DNA from: a virus
Strand: one strand, 5' to 3'
Virus record (IMG/VR): IMGVR_UViG_3300047388_000107
Coordinates: 15,811 to 79,810 of that record
DNA: 64,000 nt
The notes below the pieces were generated by a model, which did no database searches, was not told the DNA's origin, and saw nothing but the letters and a program-made list of their open reading frames with translations. Position 1 is the first letter of the stretch, and each line of letters begins with the position of its first letter. Below, piece after piece: positions 25,606 to 34,832 of this stretch. Both the position numbers and the translations under genes were made by a program.

Positions 25606-27912
25606 CTAAGCCTCCCATGGCATCTTGAATGTGAATGGAGTGGATTGCATTGGCTGCCAAGTTTCACCCCAGTCACAGCCAATCAGCCACGTCGTATCCG
25701 AATTGGTGACGACAAGACCGCGCAGCCTCAGACTGTTGAGGCAATCCTTGCCATCAACGAAGCCCGCTTCAATCTCCTTGATCGCTACTGGCGTCAGGAT
25801 CATGTAGGTAACTTCCGGTGGTACGCCGTTCGGCGCATACTGCGCCTTGATCTCGTCGGTTGCTGGCGTCTTGGGACAGCGCTTCAACAGATTAATCACG
25901 CCCGCAATGCGCTCCCGGTAAGGCAACCCGGTCGCCATGTAGAAACCACGCGATGGGCGGTTAACTTGATTGCTCTTCATCATTCGCATCAGGTAAGTCG
26001 CAACGTTCTTCTCGCTAATGCCGGTACGCACGGAGATGTCGCCTGCGGTCAGGCAGCATGCCGCAGTATGCAACGCCATTACCACTTCACGGGTCTTGGT
26101 ACCTTCGCCCGGCAGGAACAGTTCTGCCGCAGTCTGCGCCGGTTTCCACATTGGATTAGTGCCTTCCTTGATCATCTCGAAATCAAATTCCAGAATGTCG
26201 CGCATCCGGCTTTCGATCTTCACTACGTCGCCTTCCTTACCGATAATGATGGCGCCGTCCGCCGCGCCGCTGACGCCAAACGAGCCGTTGATGCTGTCGA
26301 TAGCGTCATCAACTTTACCTTTTTTAGTATGATGCACGACTAAGATCAAGACATTAAATTCCCATGCCAACCGCTGTACCGAAGCGACGACTTTGTAATC
26401 CATCTGGTAGGCGTTGTCGGTCCGTTCTATCTTGCCACGAACCTGTTGCAGTACGTCGATCACCACCAGCCTGACACTGGGAAAGGTCTGTAAATTCGCC
26501 CTGATGTCATCCAGCAGCGTGCCGGTATCGTCGGCATTGACATAAAAAGGACCGTCCCTGCCATAACGCATCTTCATGTTTCTTCCTGCGCTGAAGCCTT
26601 TCGGCCGCAACAGCTTGATGCGTTCCTGAATGCGGCGCTCGCTGTCTTCCAGCATGTACATCAGCACTTCGCCATGCTGGCACTGTTCGCCCCAGAACAA
26701 GTTGCCTTCTGCGATGCTGAGTGCCAGTTCCAGAATGATCCAGCCTTTGCCGATTTTTGGCTTGCCTGCAAAAACGATGCAGCCAGCATCAGGAAGAAAG
26801 CGGTTCACCAGAAATTTCTGCGGCAGGAACGTCTTGTACATCAAGTCTTCAACGGTTCCGGCAGGATAACCCCGGCCGCTCGGCATCGGCAGCGGCTGCT
26901 TGGCCTTCAGCACCGCGACATTCTGGGCGAGCCCCATCGAGGCGCCGACACCACGGGCGAAGTCACGCTGGTCACCTTGACCCAGCGAACCCGGCAGCAT
27001 GCCGAAGGTTTCATCAGCCAGTTGGCCGATTTCAGCCAGTATCGGGTTGTCAATGCTCTCGTATTCTGTGATATTTTTGCAAACCTGATACATGGCGTCG
27101 GTCAGCATCGGCGCAGTGCCGCTGGCTTTGATCAGCGCGCCATATTTCAGACCGAGACTGAACAGCTTGGTACCGCGTCCTGATCCTGCAGGCATGTTAT
27201 CCACATAAAAAAGCATGCTTTTTATGTCGGCTTTGAACTCATTGAGGTTTTCCAGTGTCAGCATGGCGAGATCAGCTGCGCTCAAAGGTACAGCTTCAAT
27301 AAGCATGCTTTTCCGCAAGGCGAAACCAGCCGCAGTGACCGACGCTTCCAGTCCGGTTCGCAGTACATCAGCAAACACGAACGGCGGCATCTGATCGAAG
27401 ATGCTGGCGCCTTGATGCCAGTATTCCGTTGGATCATTCGGCAGCGGCGTTTTGTTGTGATAATTGCCCCACCAGACAACTTGCTTGCCTTCGCCCAGCA
27501 GCTGAACCGGACCGAATTTTTCCTGCTTGATGACGCCGGGCTGGGTGATGATGAGCGTGGCAGGACGGCGGCCCCAACGCCAATGGGTCGGATGAAAGAA
27601 AGTGTTGAGCGTGTTGGCAAAAGTCAGAGCTTTGGTGTTGTCGTCAATGTCGCAATCGACGCAGCGTACCTCGATAGGCCCCAACACCGGATGGATGGTG
27701 AAACCAAGCTGGACCCCTACGCCGGTACATTCAGGCGCCAGAATATTGTTCAGCCGTATTTCAAGCGGAAATGTGTTCCATCCGGTGCCGCCCAGCGGTA
27801 TCTTGCCGGTGACCGGGACCGGCAACAGTCCATGGATGGAATGCAGCTCGCGGGCTAATTTAACCAGCTCTTGCTTGTTCACGGCAACACCCCACCACGG
27901 AGAGACGAACAC
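25606..27912 (-). CDS. Primase-polymerase / AAA_25 (RepA-like SF4) helicase fusion
   Basis: N-terminal GK.P, GVG, DxD prim-pol motifs; GKPKIGKG Walker A, VVID Walker B, VHHTKK, GS......D; alternative GTG start at 27882. Confidence 0.85.
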   Translation of the reverse strand: MFVSPWWGVAVNKQELVKLARELHSIHGLLPVPVTGKIPLGGTGWNTFPLEIRLNNILAPECTGVGVQLGFTIHPVLGPIEVRCVDCDIDDNTKALTFANTLNTFFHPTHWRWGRRPATLIITQPGVIKQEKFGPVQLLGEGKQVVWWGNYHNKTPLPNDPTEYWHQGASIFDQMPPFVFADVLRTGLEASVTAAGFALRKSMLIEAVPLSAADLAMLTLENLNEFKADIKSMLFYVDNMPAGSGRGTKLFSLGLKYGALIKASGTAPMLTDAMYQVCKNITEYESIDNPILAEIGQLADETFGMLPGSLGQGDQRDFARGVGASMGLAQNVAVLKAKQPLPMPSGRGYPAGTVEDLMYKTFLPQKFLVNRFLPDAGCIVFAGKPKIGKGWIILELALSIAEGNLFWGEQCQHGEVLMYMLEDSERRIQERIKLLRPKGFSAGRNMKMRYGRDGPFYVNADDTGTLLDDIRANLQTFPSVRLVVIDVLQQVRGKIERTDNAYQMDYKVVASVQRLAWEFNVLILVVHHTKKGKVDDAIDSINGSFGVSGAADGAIIIGKEGDVVKIESRMRDILEFDFEMIKEGTNPMWKPAQTAAELFLPGEGTKTREVVMALHTAACCLTAGDISVRTGISEKNVATYLMRMMKSNQVNRPSRGFYMATGLPYRERIAGVINLLKRCPKTPATDEIKAQYAPNGVPPEVTYMILTPVAIKEIEAGFVDGKDCLNSLRLRGLVVTNSDTTWLIGCDWGETWQPMQSTPFTFKMPWEA

Positions 27913-27913
27913 C

Positions 27914-28087
27914 CTACTCTTGTTCTATCGGTTCGTCACAGGCGTATCGCTCCATGATGTCGTGGCGAAACATCGCCATCTTGCGGGTGTGGCAGCGTGG
28001 GCATGTGTAGCACAGGAAGATGCCGTAGCCGTCAAACTGCGGCTCACGCTGTTCACCTGATCCGCATGGGCAGTATCTCAATTTCAT
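27914..28087 (-). CDS. Small Zn-binding protein
   Basis: CPCGSG...D..GIFL...C..C; GGAGG RBS. Confidence 0.65.
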   Translation of the reverse strand: MKLRYCPCGSGEQREPQFDGYGIFLCYTCPRCHTRKMAMFRHDIMERYACDEPIEQE

Positions 28088-28100
28088 CCTGTCCTCCAAT

Positions 28101-28200
28101 AAAAAGCATGCTTTTTTCGCGCCACCAATAAGCATGCTTTTTTCGATAGCGCAATCATAAAAGCATGCTTTTTTATCCACAGGAAAAAGCATGCTTTTTT
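28101..28200. repeat. Four palindromic AAGCATGCTT(TTTT) iteron-like repeats with a DnaA box
   Basis: GCATGC cores at 28106, 28132, 28163, 28189; TTATCCACA at 28173-28181. Confidence 0.8.
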
Positions 28201-28453
28201 GTGTCCGGCCGGGCCGCCCCCGGCCGCGCGCCCGCTCGGTCCGCGCCGCGCGCCTGCCACAATTTCGCCGCATTCTAGCCACAATTCTGGTATCTTGTAT
28301 ACTGTATACCAGCATACGCTGCGGCGCGGGAGGAATGCTGCGCCGCAGCGGGAACCGGCTGGCTAGCTCGTCTGGCTGGCTGGCTGTCAGGAGAACAGAA
28401 AATAAACCGTCAGCAGAGCAAACACAGCTGCCATGGTCAGTGCGTATTCCGCG

Positions 28454-28663
28454 TCATTCGTCATAGCCGTAGCCGCCCTCTGCCCGATCCGCGCAAGCGT
28501 CGCACTGGTAACCAAGCCGCTTGTCGGCTGGCGTGAGCCGGTTAGGTTGTCTGCAGGCAGGGCATGGCAGGTTACGGGGATTGCCGCGCCGTGCTGCCCG
28601 CAGCGCGCTGCGTCCACCGGGATCGGCAAAGTCCGGCCCATTATCGTCGTCATAGCGTCTCAT
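28454..28663 (-). CDS. Small Zn-finger early protein
   Basis: PCPAC...N.LT..D...GYQCDAC. Confidence 0.7.
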   Translation of the reverse strand: MRRYDDDNGPDFADPGGRSALRAARRGNPRNLPCPACRQPNRLTPADKRLGYQCDACADRAEGGYGYDE

Positions 28664-28775
28664 TGTAAGCCTCGCTGGTTGGTTTGTTTTGGCTGCCCGT
28701 TATTGGGTAGCTCTCGAATGGATGGCCGCTCACTGACCTTCCTATTGCCTCAAGCCCGGACCGTCGAAAGACGGT

Positions 28776-29105
28776 TCAATCGTCGGCCGGTTCTTCCTCT
28801 TGGGGCCAGTCAAATGTTTCGGTCGCGTCGTTCCATTGCATCCCAACAGGGACTAGCCACAATGCGCCGTCTTGGTGCAAGTGATAGACTACGCCGTCAA
28901 TGTTCACGACCGCATTGTCGAGAACATATTGCCATTCGTCCCAATAGCATTCTTGATCGGGGCCGTTCTCCAGAACGGTCCAAACTTGCTCGCGAATGCC
29001 AATGACATGCGTGGCGCGGTCGGTCCAACAGTTGGCGAAGTCGCGCGGAATGTAGACGCCGCGATGATCATCAAGCCACAGCAGTACGTCAGGTTTGCCA
29101 GTCAT
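28776..29105 (-). CDS. Early hypothetical protein (acidic, Trp-rich)
   Basis: D..RG.YIP..FA...L.QDG.LW; coupled operon. Confidence 0.65.
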   Translation of the reverse strand: MTGKPDVLLWLDDHRGVYIPRDFANCWTDRATHVIGIREQVWTVLENGPDQECYWDEWQYVLDNAVVNIDGVVYHLHQDGALWLVPVGMQWNDATETFDWPQEEEPADD

Positions 29106-29389
29106 GAGTAGTAGCTCCCAATTTTGATCTGTTCACCATCCGGAGAAAGCCTGATCAGAACGCCAGAGAAATAGCTGTCGCTGGCATAGCCGTCCCAATT
29201 TTTCAGGTCGTCGCTATCGCAGGCCATGAACCCGTCCAGATGATACCAGTAACCGCGATAGCAAAAGAAACCATCCAGCACTTCTTCTGCGTTCTGGTAG
29301 CTGAATTGATCGGCTAGCACATCTGCCGGAACGTCGGAGCGGTAAACCAGATCACGCCACTTGTGATCGGTCCTGATGGTCAGGGTCAT
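29102..29389 (-). CDS. Early hypothetical protein
   Basis: FF.YRG.WY.L..F...WDGY.SDSYFSG; coupled operon. Confidence 0.65.
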   Translation of the reverse strand: MTLTIRTDHKWRDLVYRSDVPADVLADQFSYQNAEEVLDGFFCYRGYWYHLDGFMACDSDDLKNWDGYASDSYFSGVLIRLSPDGEQIKIGSYYS

Positions 29390-29661
29390 GGCTGATGCTC
29401 CTTTTCCGCTTTCTCAATCGCGCTCTCGATCCATACGGCCAGATCAGACCGCGCGCGTTCGATATCTTTTTTGCCCTTGTACAAATGGCCCGTGTAATGG
29501 CTGGCTGCGCTTAGCGCGTGCGCCAAGCTTTTCCACGATCGGTGCGGCTTGATGCCTACGGCCATCAGCCTTAAGCCGCTCCGCAACGCGGCGGCTTGGA
29601 ACGTGTGAACGTCCGAACCGATAAAGCTGACGGCGTTGCCGTTGTCGTCGTAGCCGATCAT
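29386..29661 (-). CDS. Early hypothetical protein
   Basis: ATGA-coupled on both sides. Confidence 0.55.
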   Translation of the reverse strand: MIGYDDNGNAVSFIGSDVHTFQAAALRSGLRLMAVGIKPHRSWKSLAHALSAASHYTGHLYKGKKDIERARSDLAVWIESAIEKAEKEHQP

Positions 29662-29870
29662 CGCTTGATTTCCTTCTGCGGTTTGAGAATGTAGGCATGC
29701 TCCGCGATGTGCGGGTTGTTGTCGCGCAGGCCGCGCATGTAGCATTCGGCCAGTTCGCGCGTCGACGTGCGGTACAGCGACCGCATGTTGTGCGGCGGAT
29801 CGATGACGACAGTCCATTGGGTTTCGTGAAACAGTCTGACCGGATGCCGGTCTTGGTGCCATGTGCTCAT
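29658..29870 (-). CDS. Early hypothetical protein
   Basis: ATGA-coupled; RBS. Confidence 0.5.
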   Translation of the reverse strand: MSTWHQDRHPVRLFHETQWTVVIDPPHNMRSLYRTSTRELAECYMRGLRDNNPHIAEHAYILKPQKEIKR

Positions 29871-30061
29871 TGATATTTCCTCTCTCCGTGAAAAGCTTCA
29901 CGGCATATCCGGTTAAATTGTCGCTCCGACATCGCGGCCAGTGCTTCGCTGTTGGGAAATTTGCCGATTGTGACAAAGCGCTGCATTCCAGAAGCTTTTT
30001 GCAGCACTGCGATTTGGTAACCGTACCAAACGACTTTCCATAGCTTGCTTTCGATATTCAT
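29867..30061 (-). CDS. Early hypothetical protein
   Basis: ATGA-coupled. Confidence 0.5.
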   Translation of the reverse strand: MNIESKLWKVVWYGYQIAVLQKASGMQRFVTIGKFPNSEALAAMSERQFNRICREAFHGERKYQ

Positions 30062-30324
30062 TGCCCGATCCTCCGATAGCGCCGAATGGAGCTGTTGCCC
30101 TCGCAATGCATGTTGGCGAGCTGCGGGTACTCGCCGCACTTGGCGCGGTAGGCTTCCATGAACTTCGCCATGTCGCAATCTTCTTCCAGATAAAGCCAGT
30201 TGGCTTTCTGGTAACTGTATCTGGAGAAGTCAGCGACGCGCAATCCGACGTCGCCCGCGTCTTGATCCCGCACCGCTAACCATCCGTGACTGCAATCGGT
30301 GTGATAGGTGAAACGTGTTCGCAT
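30058..30324 (-). CDS. Conserved early phage protein
   Basis: D..HGWL.V...S.YSY....YLEEDCD motif; AGGAG RBS. Confidence 0.7.
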   Translation of the reverse strand: MRTRFTYHTDCSHGWLAVRDQDAGDVGLRVADFSRYSYQKANWLYLEEDCDMAKFMEAYRAKCGEYPQLANMHCEGNSSIRRYRRIGQ

Positions 30325-30450
30325 GTGATCTGCTCCTGTGAGAGGCCGTTCGTTCAGGGACCATTCCCTATTGGCTCAAGCCCGGTATGCGTCAGACCAG
30401 AATTTTAAAATTCTGTCGAAGCAGCCGGGCTTAAACCAATGTTGGTTTGA

Positions 30451-30642
30451 TTACGTTACTCGGGTCTTTGCCGCTAACCGTTCAATGGCTTTGGCATCAA
30501 CCGTCCACTCCTTTGCCAGATTGTTATCCTGCCAATTGGTCTGAACATGATCCGATTTTTCGTGACAAATCTCGGCAATGAAAAACAGCACTTTGCTTAG
30601 TCCGAATTTGTCGATCATCATTTCCAGATCATCTTTGTTCAT
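30451..30642 (-). CDS. Early hypothetical protein
   Basis: LE.MID..GL..VL..IA.IC.EK..H...NWQD; AGGAG RBS. Confidence 0.65.
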   Translation of the reverse strand: MNKDDLEMMIDKFGLSKVLFFIAEICHEKSDHVQTNWQDNNLAKEWTVDAKAIERLAAKTRVT

Positions 30643-30655
30643 GTCCGTTGCTCCT

Positions 30656-31162
30656 TCAAAAAATCTTATCGATACATTCGGGACCAAAACCTGAGGCGAC
30701 CGATGACGGCACGGTCAGCTTGCGATTGCAGCGACCGCAACGGCCTTCATGCCAGATTTCCAGCTGATCCGGGATGGTGTCGCGGACAATGGCTTTCCAA
30801 GCCCAAGCGAACGCGATTGCCGATGGCGCATCTGCGCCGATATCGCCAAGGCGAGGGTTCTTGCGGCCAAGCCAGAATACATCGCGAGAGATACGGCCAA
30901 GATACTGGTAGTCTTGTTCGTTATTGGGACCGGACAATAGCGCCACGAAATGGCATTGGCCGTCCGGCGAGCTAGACACCCGATAGGTGAAACGAGCGCC
31001 GGTCTTTTTCGAGACCAGCGTCAAGGTTGACTTGCCAGCGAGCGCAAAGCGCTTAGCATCCAACGCGGTGACTAACCGGCCGGACATATCCGTGGTGTCC
31101 GCTGAAGATTTGATTTCGGCGCTATCCAGATCGTCATTCAAGGTGGCGAAAAAATCAGTCAT
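30656..31162 (-). CDS. DUF6011-type Zn-finger domain protein
   Basis: C-terminal CGRCNRKLT.P.S...G.GPEC. Confidence 0.8.
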   Translation of the reverse strand: MTDFFATLNDDLDSAEIKSSADTTDMSGRLVTALDAKRFALAGKSTLTLVSKKTGARFTYRVSSSPDGQCHFVALLSGPNNEQDYQYLGRISRDVFWLGRKNPRLGDIGADAPSAIAFAWAWKAIVRDTIPDQLEIWHEGRCGRCNRKLTVPSSVASGFGPECIDKIF

Positions 31163-31175
31163 GACGGTTGTTCCT

Positions 31176-31355
31176 TTAGCTGGATTTAACGAGGCGAAAC
31201 TCGGCAACGACCCATTCGATGCCATCCGGCCGCATCACTTTGTAAAAAATTTCGCCGCTCGGTGTTTTGCCAAGTACGCAAATGACGTCCATTTCAGTAT
31301 CAACGGCGGGATAACCGCAAGCCCGCATCCAGTTGGCGCTAACCGTGACTTTCAT
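31176..31355 (-). CDS. Early hypothetical protein (59 aa)
   Basis: Read manually; GGAG RBS. Confidence 0.5.
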   Translation of the reverse strand: MKVTVSANWMRACGYPAVDTEMDVICVLGKTPSGEIFYKVMRPDGIEWVVAEFRLVKSS

Positions 31356-31380
31356 CGTGGTATCTCCAGTGTGAGAGGAA

Positions 31381-31420
31381 AGAAAAAAAACAGTCCGATA
31401 GCATTAGCGCTATCGGGACC
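31381..31420 (-). terminator. Intrinsic terminator
   Basis: Stem CCGATAGC/GCTATCGG followed by T8 on the minus strand. Confidence 0.6.
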
Positions 31421-31515
31421 GTGGATCAAGTCAGAAAATGATAATCATTGCGCCGTAATAGACCGTGGCTAAGAACAGGAATAGCACGGCGAACGCCAGC
31501 CAGTTGGCTACGGGA

Positions 31516-31776
31516 TCATCGTTCCACATTGAATTTATCCAATAGCGAAGAATGATTGCACGCTTCGATAAACCGGTCAGCGTCAAAGCGACCGTTCGAA
31601 CGTTTACAGGCTGCTACGAAGCTATTGAGGACCGATTGCCATTGTGCGTGCTTGTTAGCGTCCCAATTCGCCATTGGCCTGCTTTCGGCCAGCACGGCGG
31701 CGATAAAGCAGAAATGACGATGTTGCAGTTCAGGGATTTTGTCCCTGTTGATGGTGGATCGGTCGCGTCCGTTCAT
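31516..31776 (-). CDS. Early hypothetical protein
   Basis: RHF..IA.......N.RFD.DRF..AC pattern; GGAG RBS. Confidence 0.65.
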   Translation of the reverse strand: MNGRDRSTINRDKIPELQHRHFCFIAAVLAESRPMANWDANKHAQWQSVLNSFVAACKRSNGRFDADRFIEACNHSSLLDKFNVER

Positions 31777-31882
31777 GATGTTTGCTCCGTGAGAGGATAT
31801 CGGAGAGACCGGGATGGCCCTCCTACGGCCTCAAGCCCGGACCATCTTTCGATGGCCGGGCTATCGGCAGGTAAAGACTGGT

Positions 31883-32047
31883 TTATGGCAGTTGTCTTTC
31901 GGCCTGATAGAGCGCGAAGGCTAACAGCTTCTGGTCCGTGGTGGTCAGCATGCAAACGGCCATGGCATGCCTGCGGGCATAGGATCGCAGCTTGCGGGCA
32001 TTGGTGAGGGTGGGAGCGAGCATCCATCGGTTGAGAAGTTTAAGCAT
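31883..32047 (-). CDS. Early hypothetical protein
   Basis: GGAG RBS; first gene of the leftward early run. Confidence 0.45.
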   Translation of the reverse strand: MLKLLNRWMLAPTLTNARKLRSYARRHAMAVCMLTTTDQKLLAFALYQAERQLP

Positions 32048-32871
32048 GTGAGCGTCTCCATGGGTTGAAGCGTCATTGAAGCACAAACGATAGCGTTACC
32101 GCTAATAAAAACACGTTTTCACGTCTTCACATTTGGTTACAGGCTGTAGGCTCTAGGATTGGATTAGAAGGCCATAGAGTGGGGTCTCCCCACAGAGCTA
32201 CAGAGTGACCGGATTGGGAAAATAACGCATCAGTGACGTTTTCGTGTTTTGTTCTTGAGTGTATACGCTATGGAACTAGCGGGCAGGTTGTATTACTTTT
32301 TTATCCGGATGAAATCATACCTGTGGCTATTGTTGATGCACCATCCGGTTCTTTTTTGTTTTTGAAAATTGACAATGATGTTGCCATATTCATTGGGCTG
32401 CCATTCGCAGTCGCGCTGTTTGGCGATTAGAGCGGCGAACTCATCATGGTTGTGTTTTTCGTATGGAACTAAGCGGCGCGAATACAGAACAGTGCGGCCG
32501 GGTAGTCTTCTGACATAGACGTAAGTCACGTGACGCTCCTATGGTTGTAGACGTTAGTAATGGGACCGGGTTTGAGGTTCACCCTACAAAGACAATTACT
32601 ACAAGCGTCATCGCTATCGAGTTCCAAAATATGATTGTTTAATAATTTCAATGATTTAACTTGCCTACTGAAATTTTGTAGTTTTGGCCTGTTGGGATGT
32701 AGGTGTGTGGGAGGTTAAGTCATTGAAATCATTGTGTTATTTTTTATTTTTCTTACATTTGGGGGGGTCAAAACGCTTAAGAGGGGTAAAAAAGAATATT
32801 GAAAAAATGTTTGTTCCCGGTATGTCTAGGGACCGTTGAAATGATTATGTTATTTTGACCTACATGTGTTT

Positions 32872-32886
32872 GTTCTTGGTTTGTTC
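32872..32886. promoter_or_regulatory. Alphaproteobacterial LexA (SOS) box
   Basis: GTTCTTGGTTTGTTC matches GTTC-N7-GTTC, in an AT-rich intergenic region. Confidence 0.55.
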
Positions 32887-33031
32887 GTGTCTGTCACCTA
32901 CAACCACGATCCGCCCACATGTAATAATACAAGCCAAAAATCAAGTTAAGTCCATGACCGGTCTACACTAATCGCTATAACCCTACCAACCCCACAAAAA
33001 TACATTAAAAGGGGGGTTTTGTTGTGGGGTG

Positions 33032-33493
33032 CTAAAAAGCGCTTAAAGTGGCTCTAGTCCGGTCCACTATTTTGAGTGTGGGGGAGGCTTCGGAAAGCGC
33101 AAAATAGGCAATTGGCGCTCTATCCATCGCGGTCGCAAATAGGAGGCGTGTGGGGCCGTAAAACAGGCTTTCGACTACGCCAAGTGCGCGACCTGCTTCG
33201 ATGCGGGCGGAAACTAGATCGATAGCGTCGGTCGCGGTTTCGATTGACCATTGCGCGCCCTCGTAGGCAAGGACGGCGGCGAACAAGAGGTTTAGCGCAT
33301 CTAGGATCAAATCGGCTTGGATGTCGGATAAACCGAGCATTTCGCGCTTGATCGGCATCAAGGCGATACCGGCCGGTTTGAGGGCGCGAGCGCCCGCGTT
33401 AAGGATTTGTTCGAGTTCCGCGCGTGCTTCGTGAAAGACGATCTCAGAAAAACCGGTGAACAGAGCGGGAACGGTTTTATCGGTCATTTGCAT
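33032..33493 (-). CDS. Hypothetical helical protein
   Basis: ORF with a plausible start; no recognised motif. Confidence 0.45.
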   Translation of the reverse strand: MQMTDKTVPALFTGFSEIVFHEARAELEQILNAGARALKPAGIALMPIKREMLGLSDIQADLILDALNLLFAAVLAYEGAQWSIETATDAIDLVSARIEAGRALGVVESLFYGPTRLLFATAMDRAPIAYFALSEASPTLKIVDRTRATLSAF

Positions 33494-33552
33494 GGCCCTT
33501 TTACTAGTGTATACGTTAGCGTGTGGGATGATCCCACATAGGAGGATTGAAT

Positions 33553-33846
33553 ATGAACATGCGAATTGAAACAATCGACTATGCCGTGATGGTAGATGAA
33601 CTGGCAGAACTCAAGGCGAGCATCGCGCCACTGCAAGAACGTGAAGCTACGTTGAAGGACCTGTTCAAAGAAGGCGGACGCGACCGCTACGATGGAACCG
33701 GGCACACCGCTGTTGTCGTGCTGTCCGAGCGGGACAGTCTCGACACCAAGCGGCTGCGAGCGGACCTAGGCGAGGAACTGTACCTGTCCTATTGTTCCAA
33801 GACGTCGGTCACGGCCGTTCGCCTGACCGCTCGTAAAACCCATTAG
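33553..33846 (+). CDS. Conserved phage coiled-coil protein
   Basis: VDEL..LKA.I..L...E..LK...G...G...LD.K; GGAGG RBS. Confidence 0.7.
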   Translation: MNMRIETIDYAVMVDELAELKASIAPLQEREATLKDLFKEGGRDRYDGTGHTAVVVLSERDSLDTKRLRADLGEELYLSYCSKTSVTAVRLTARKTH

Positions 33847-33857
33847 GACGGTCACTC

Positions 33858-34019
33858 ATGGGTCATGCAATGTTGTTCGCGGGGGTAATAGCCCTCGTCG
33901 CTCTCGCCTTTGGCAAGGACGCTGCGGTCATCCTAGCCCGTATCCTCGTGATCGGTATTCCCTTAGTGATCGCAGTCCTTCTGCTCTGCGCTAGCGCTGG
34001 CGTGTTCAAAGGTCTGTAA
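33858..34019 (+). CDS. Small two-TM membrane protein
   Basis: Read manually; 53 aa, hydrophobic; AGGA RBS. Confidence 0.5.
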   Translation: MGHAMLFAGVIALVALAFGKDAAVILARILVIGIPLVIAVLLLCASAGVFKGL

Positions 34020-34198
34020 AGCTGACCTGACGTTTGTTGCGACGCGACGGCCCGGACGCAAGTTCGGGCCTATGCGCGTCTGCGCGCGGCTCACCCTCGA
34101 ACCGTTGCCGCTCGAACCACTCGCTTTCCTTCCCGGTCTCCCTGCTGGTATGTGGGATGTGGCATAGCGTATACCAGTAACCACTGGTATCTGGCATG

Positions 34199-34229
34199 TG
34201 GTATCTGGTATACAGTATACCAGATACCA
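34199..34229. repeat. Perfect 15-bp inverted repeat
   Basis: TGGTATCTGGTATAC-A-GTATACCAGATACCA. Confidence 0.9.
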
Positions 34230-34311
34230 GAAGGTACCGAATGTGACAGAAAGGTGGTCGGATCGCTTTCGGGTACCGGTAACGGGCGATGGCGGCGGCA
34301 GGCTGGCGCTA

Positions 34312-34473
34312 GATACCCCACCCCCTAGGAATTTTTAGTATACAAGTTTACTGATAACAGTAACACGCCGTGTGATACCCTACCCCCTAGGAAATTTTAG
34401 TATACAAGTTTACGCCCGTAGGGTAAGTTTACAAATCCTCCACCCCCTAGGAAATTTTAGTATACAAGTTGAC
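34312..34473. repeat. Three direct repeats of 32-40 bp, period about 61 bp
   Basis: Core ACCCCCTAGGAAWTTTTAGTATACAAGTTKAC at 34320, 34382, 34442. Confidence 0.9.
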
Positions 34474-34569
34474 AAATGCTTTAGCGGTGTTATGGAACTA
34501 TGCTAAAGTCCGGTCCCTCTGGTGGAACAGAAGTAACAAACCGCCGCCAAGTGCGAGCTGGCAGGAAAG

Positions 34570-34830
34570 ATGGCAAAAATGGCAGACAACCGGCTCGATC
34601 TCATTCGTTCCATCGTGCTGGCGGCCGATCAGGCCCGCGACAATCCCGATCTGGCGTGGCGGACCCTCAGCCAGATCAAGCGGTTGCTGGTCGAGCCTGA
34701 CTTGAACCAGCGGCGTGTTAGGGCGCTGCAGTTCATCAAGGCACTCGCGGCCGATGATCTGGGCGATCCTCCGACGGTCCGATTGGCAGCAATCTGGCAA
34801 GCGGCGCATGACGCGCTGCGTGAGGTTTGA
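34570..34830 (+). CDS. Early hypothetical protein (right arm)
   Basis: First rightward ORF after the repeats; AGGA RBS. Confidence 0.55.
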   Translation: MAKMADNRLDLIRSIVLAADQARDNPDLAWRTLSQIKRLLVEPDLNQRRVRALQFIKALAADDLGDPPTVRLAAIWQAAHDALREV

Positions 34831-34832
34831 AA

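Noticed and set aside
34199-34229. Protelomerase (hairpin telomere) site
   Set aside because: Odd-centred palindrome and no protelomerase recognised in the window
34312-34473. CRISPR mini-array
   Set aside because: Only three units; repeat similarity extends into the spacers, leaving about 20 unique bp; spacer 2 contains a partial repeat; no cas genes or typical repeat ends
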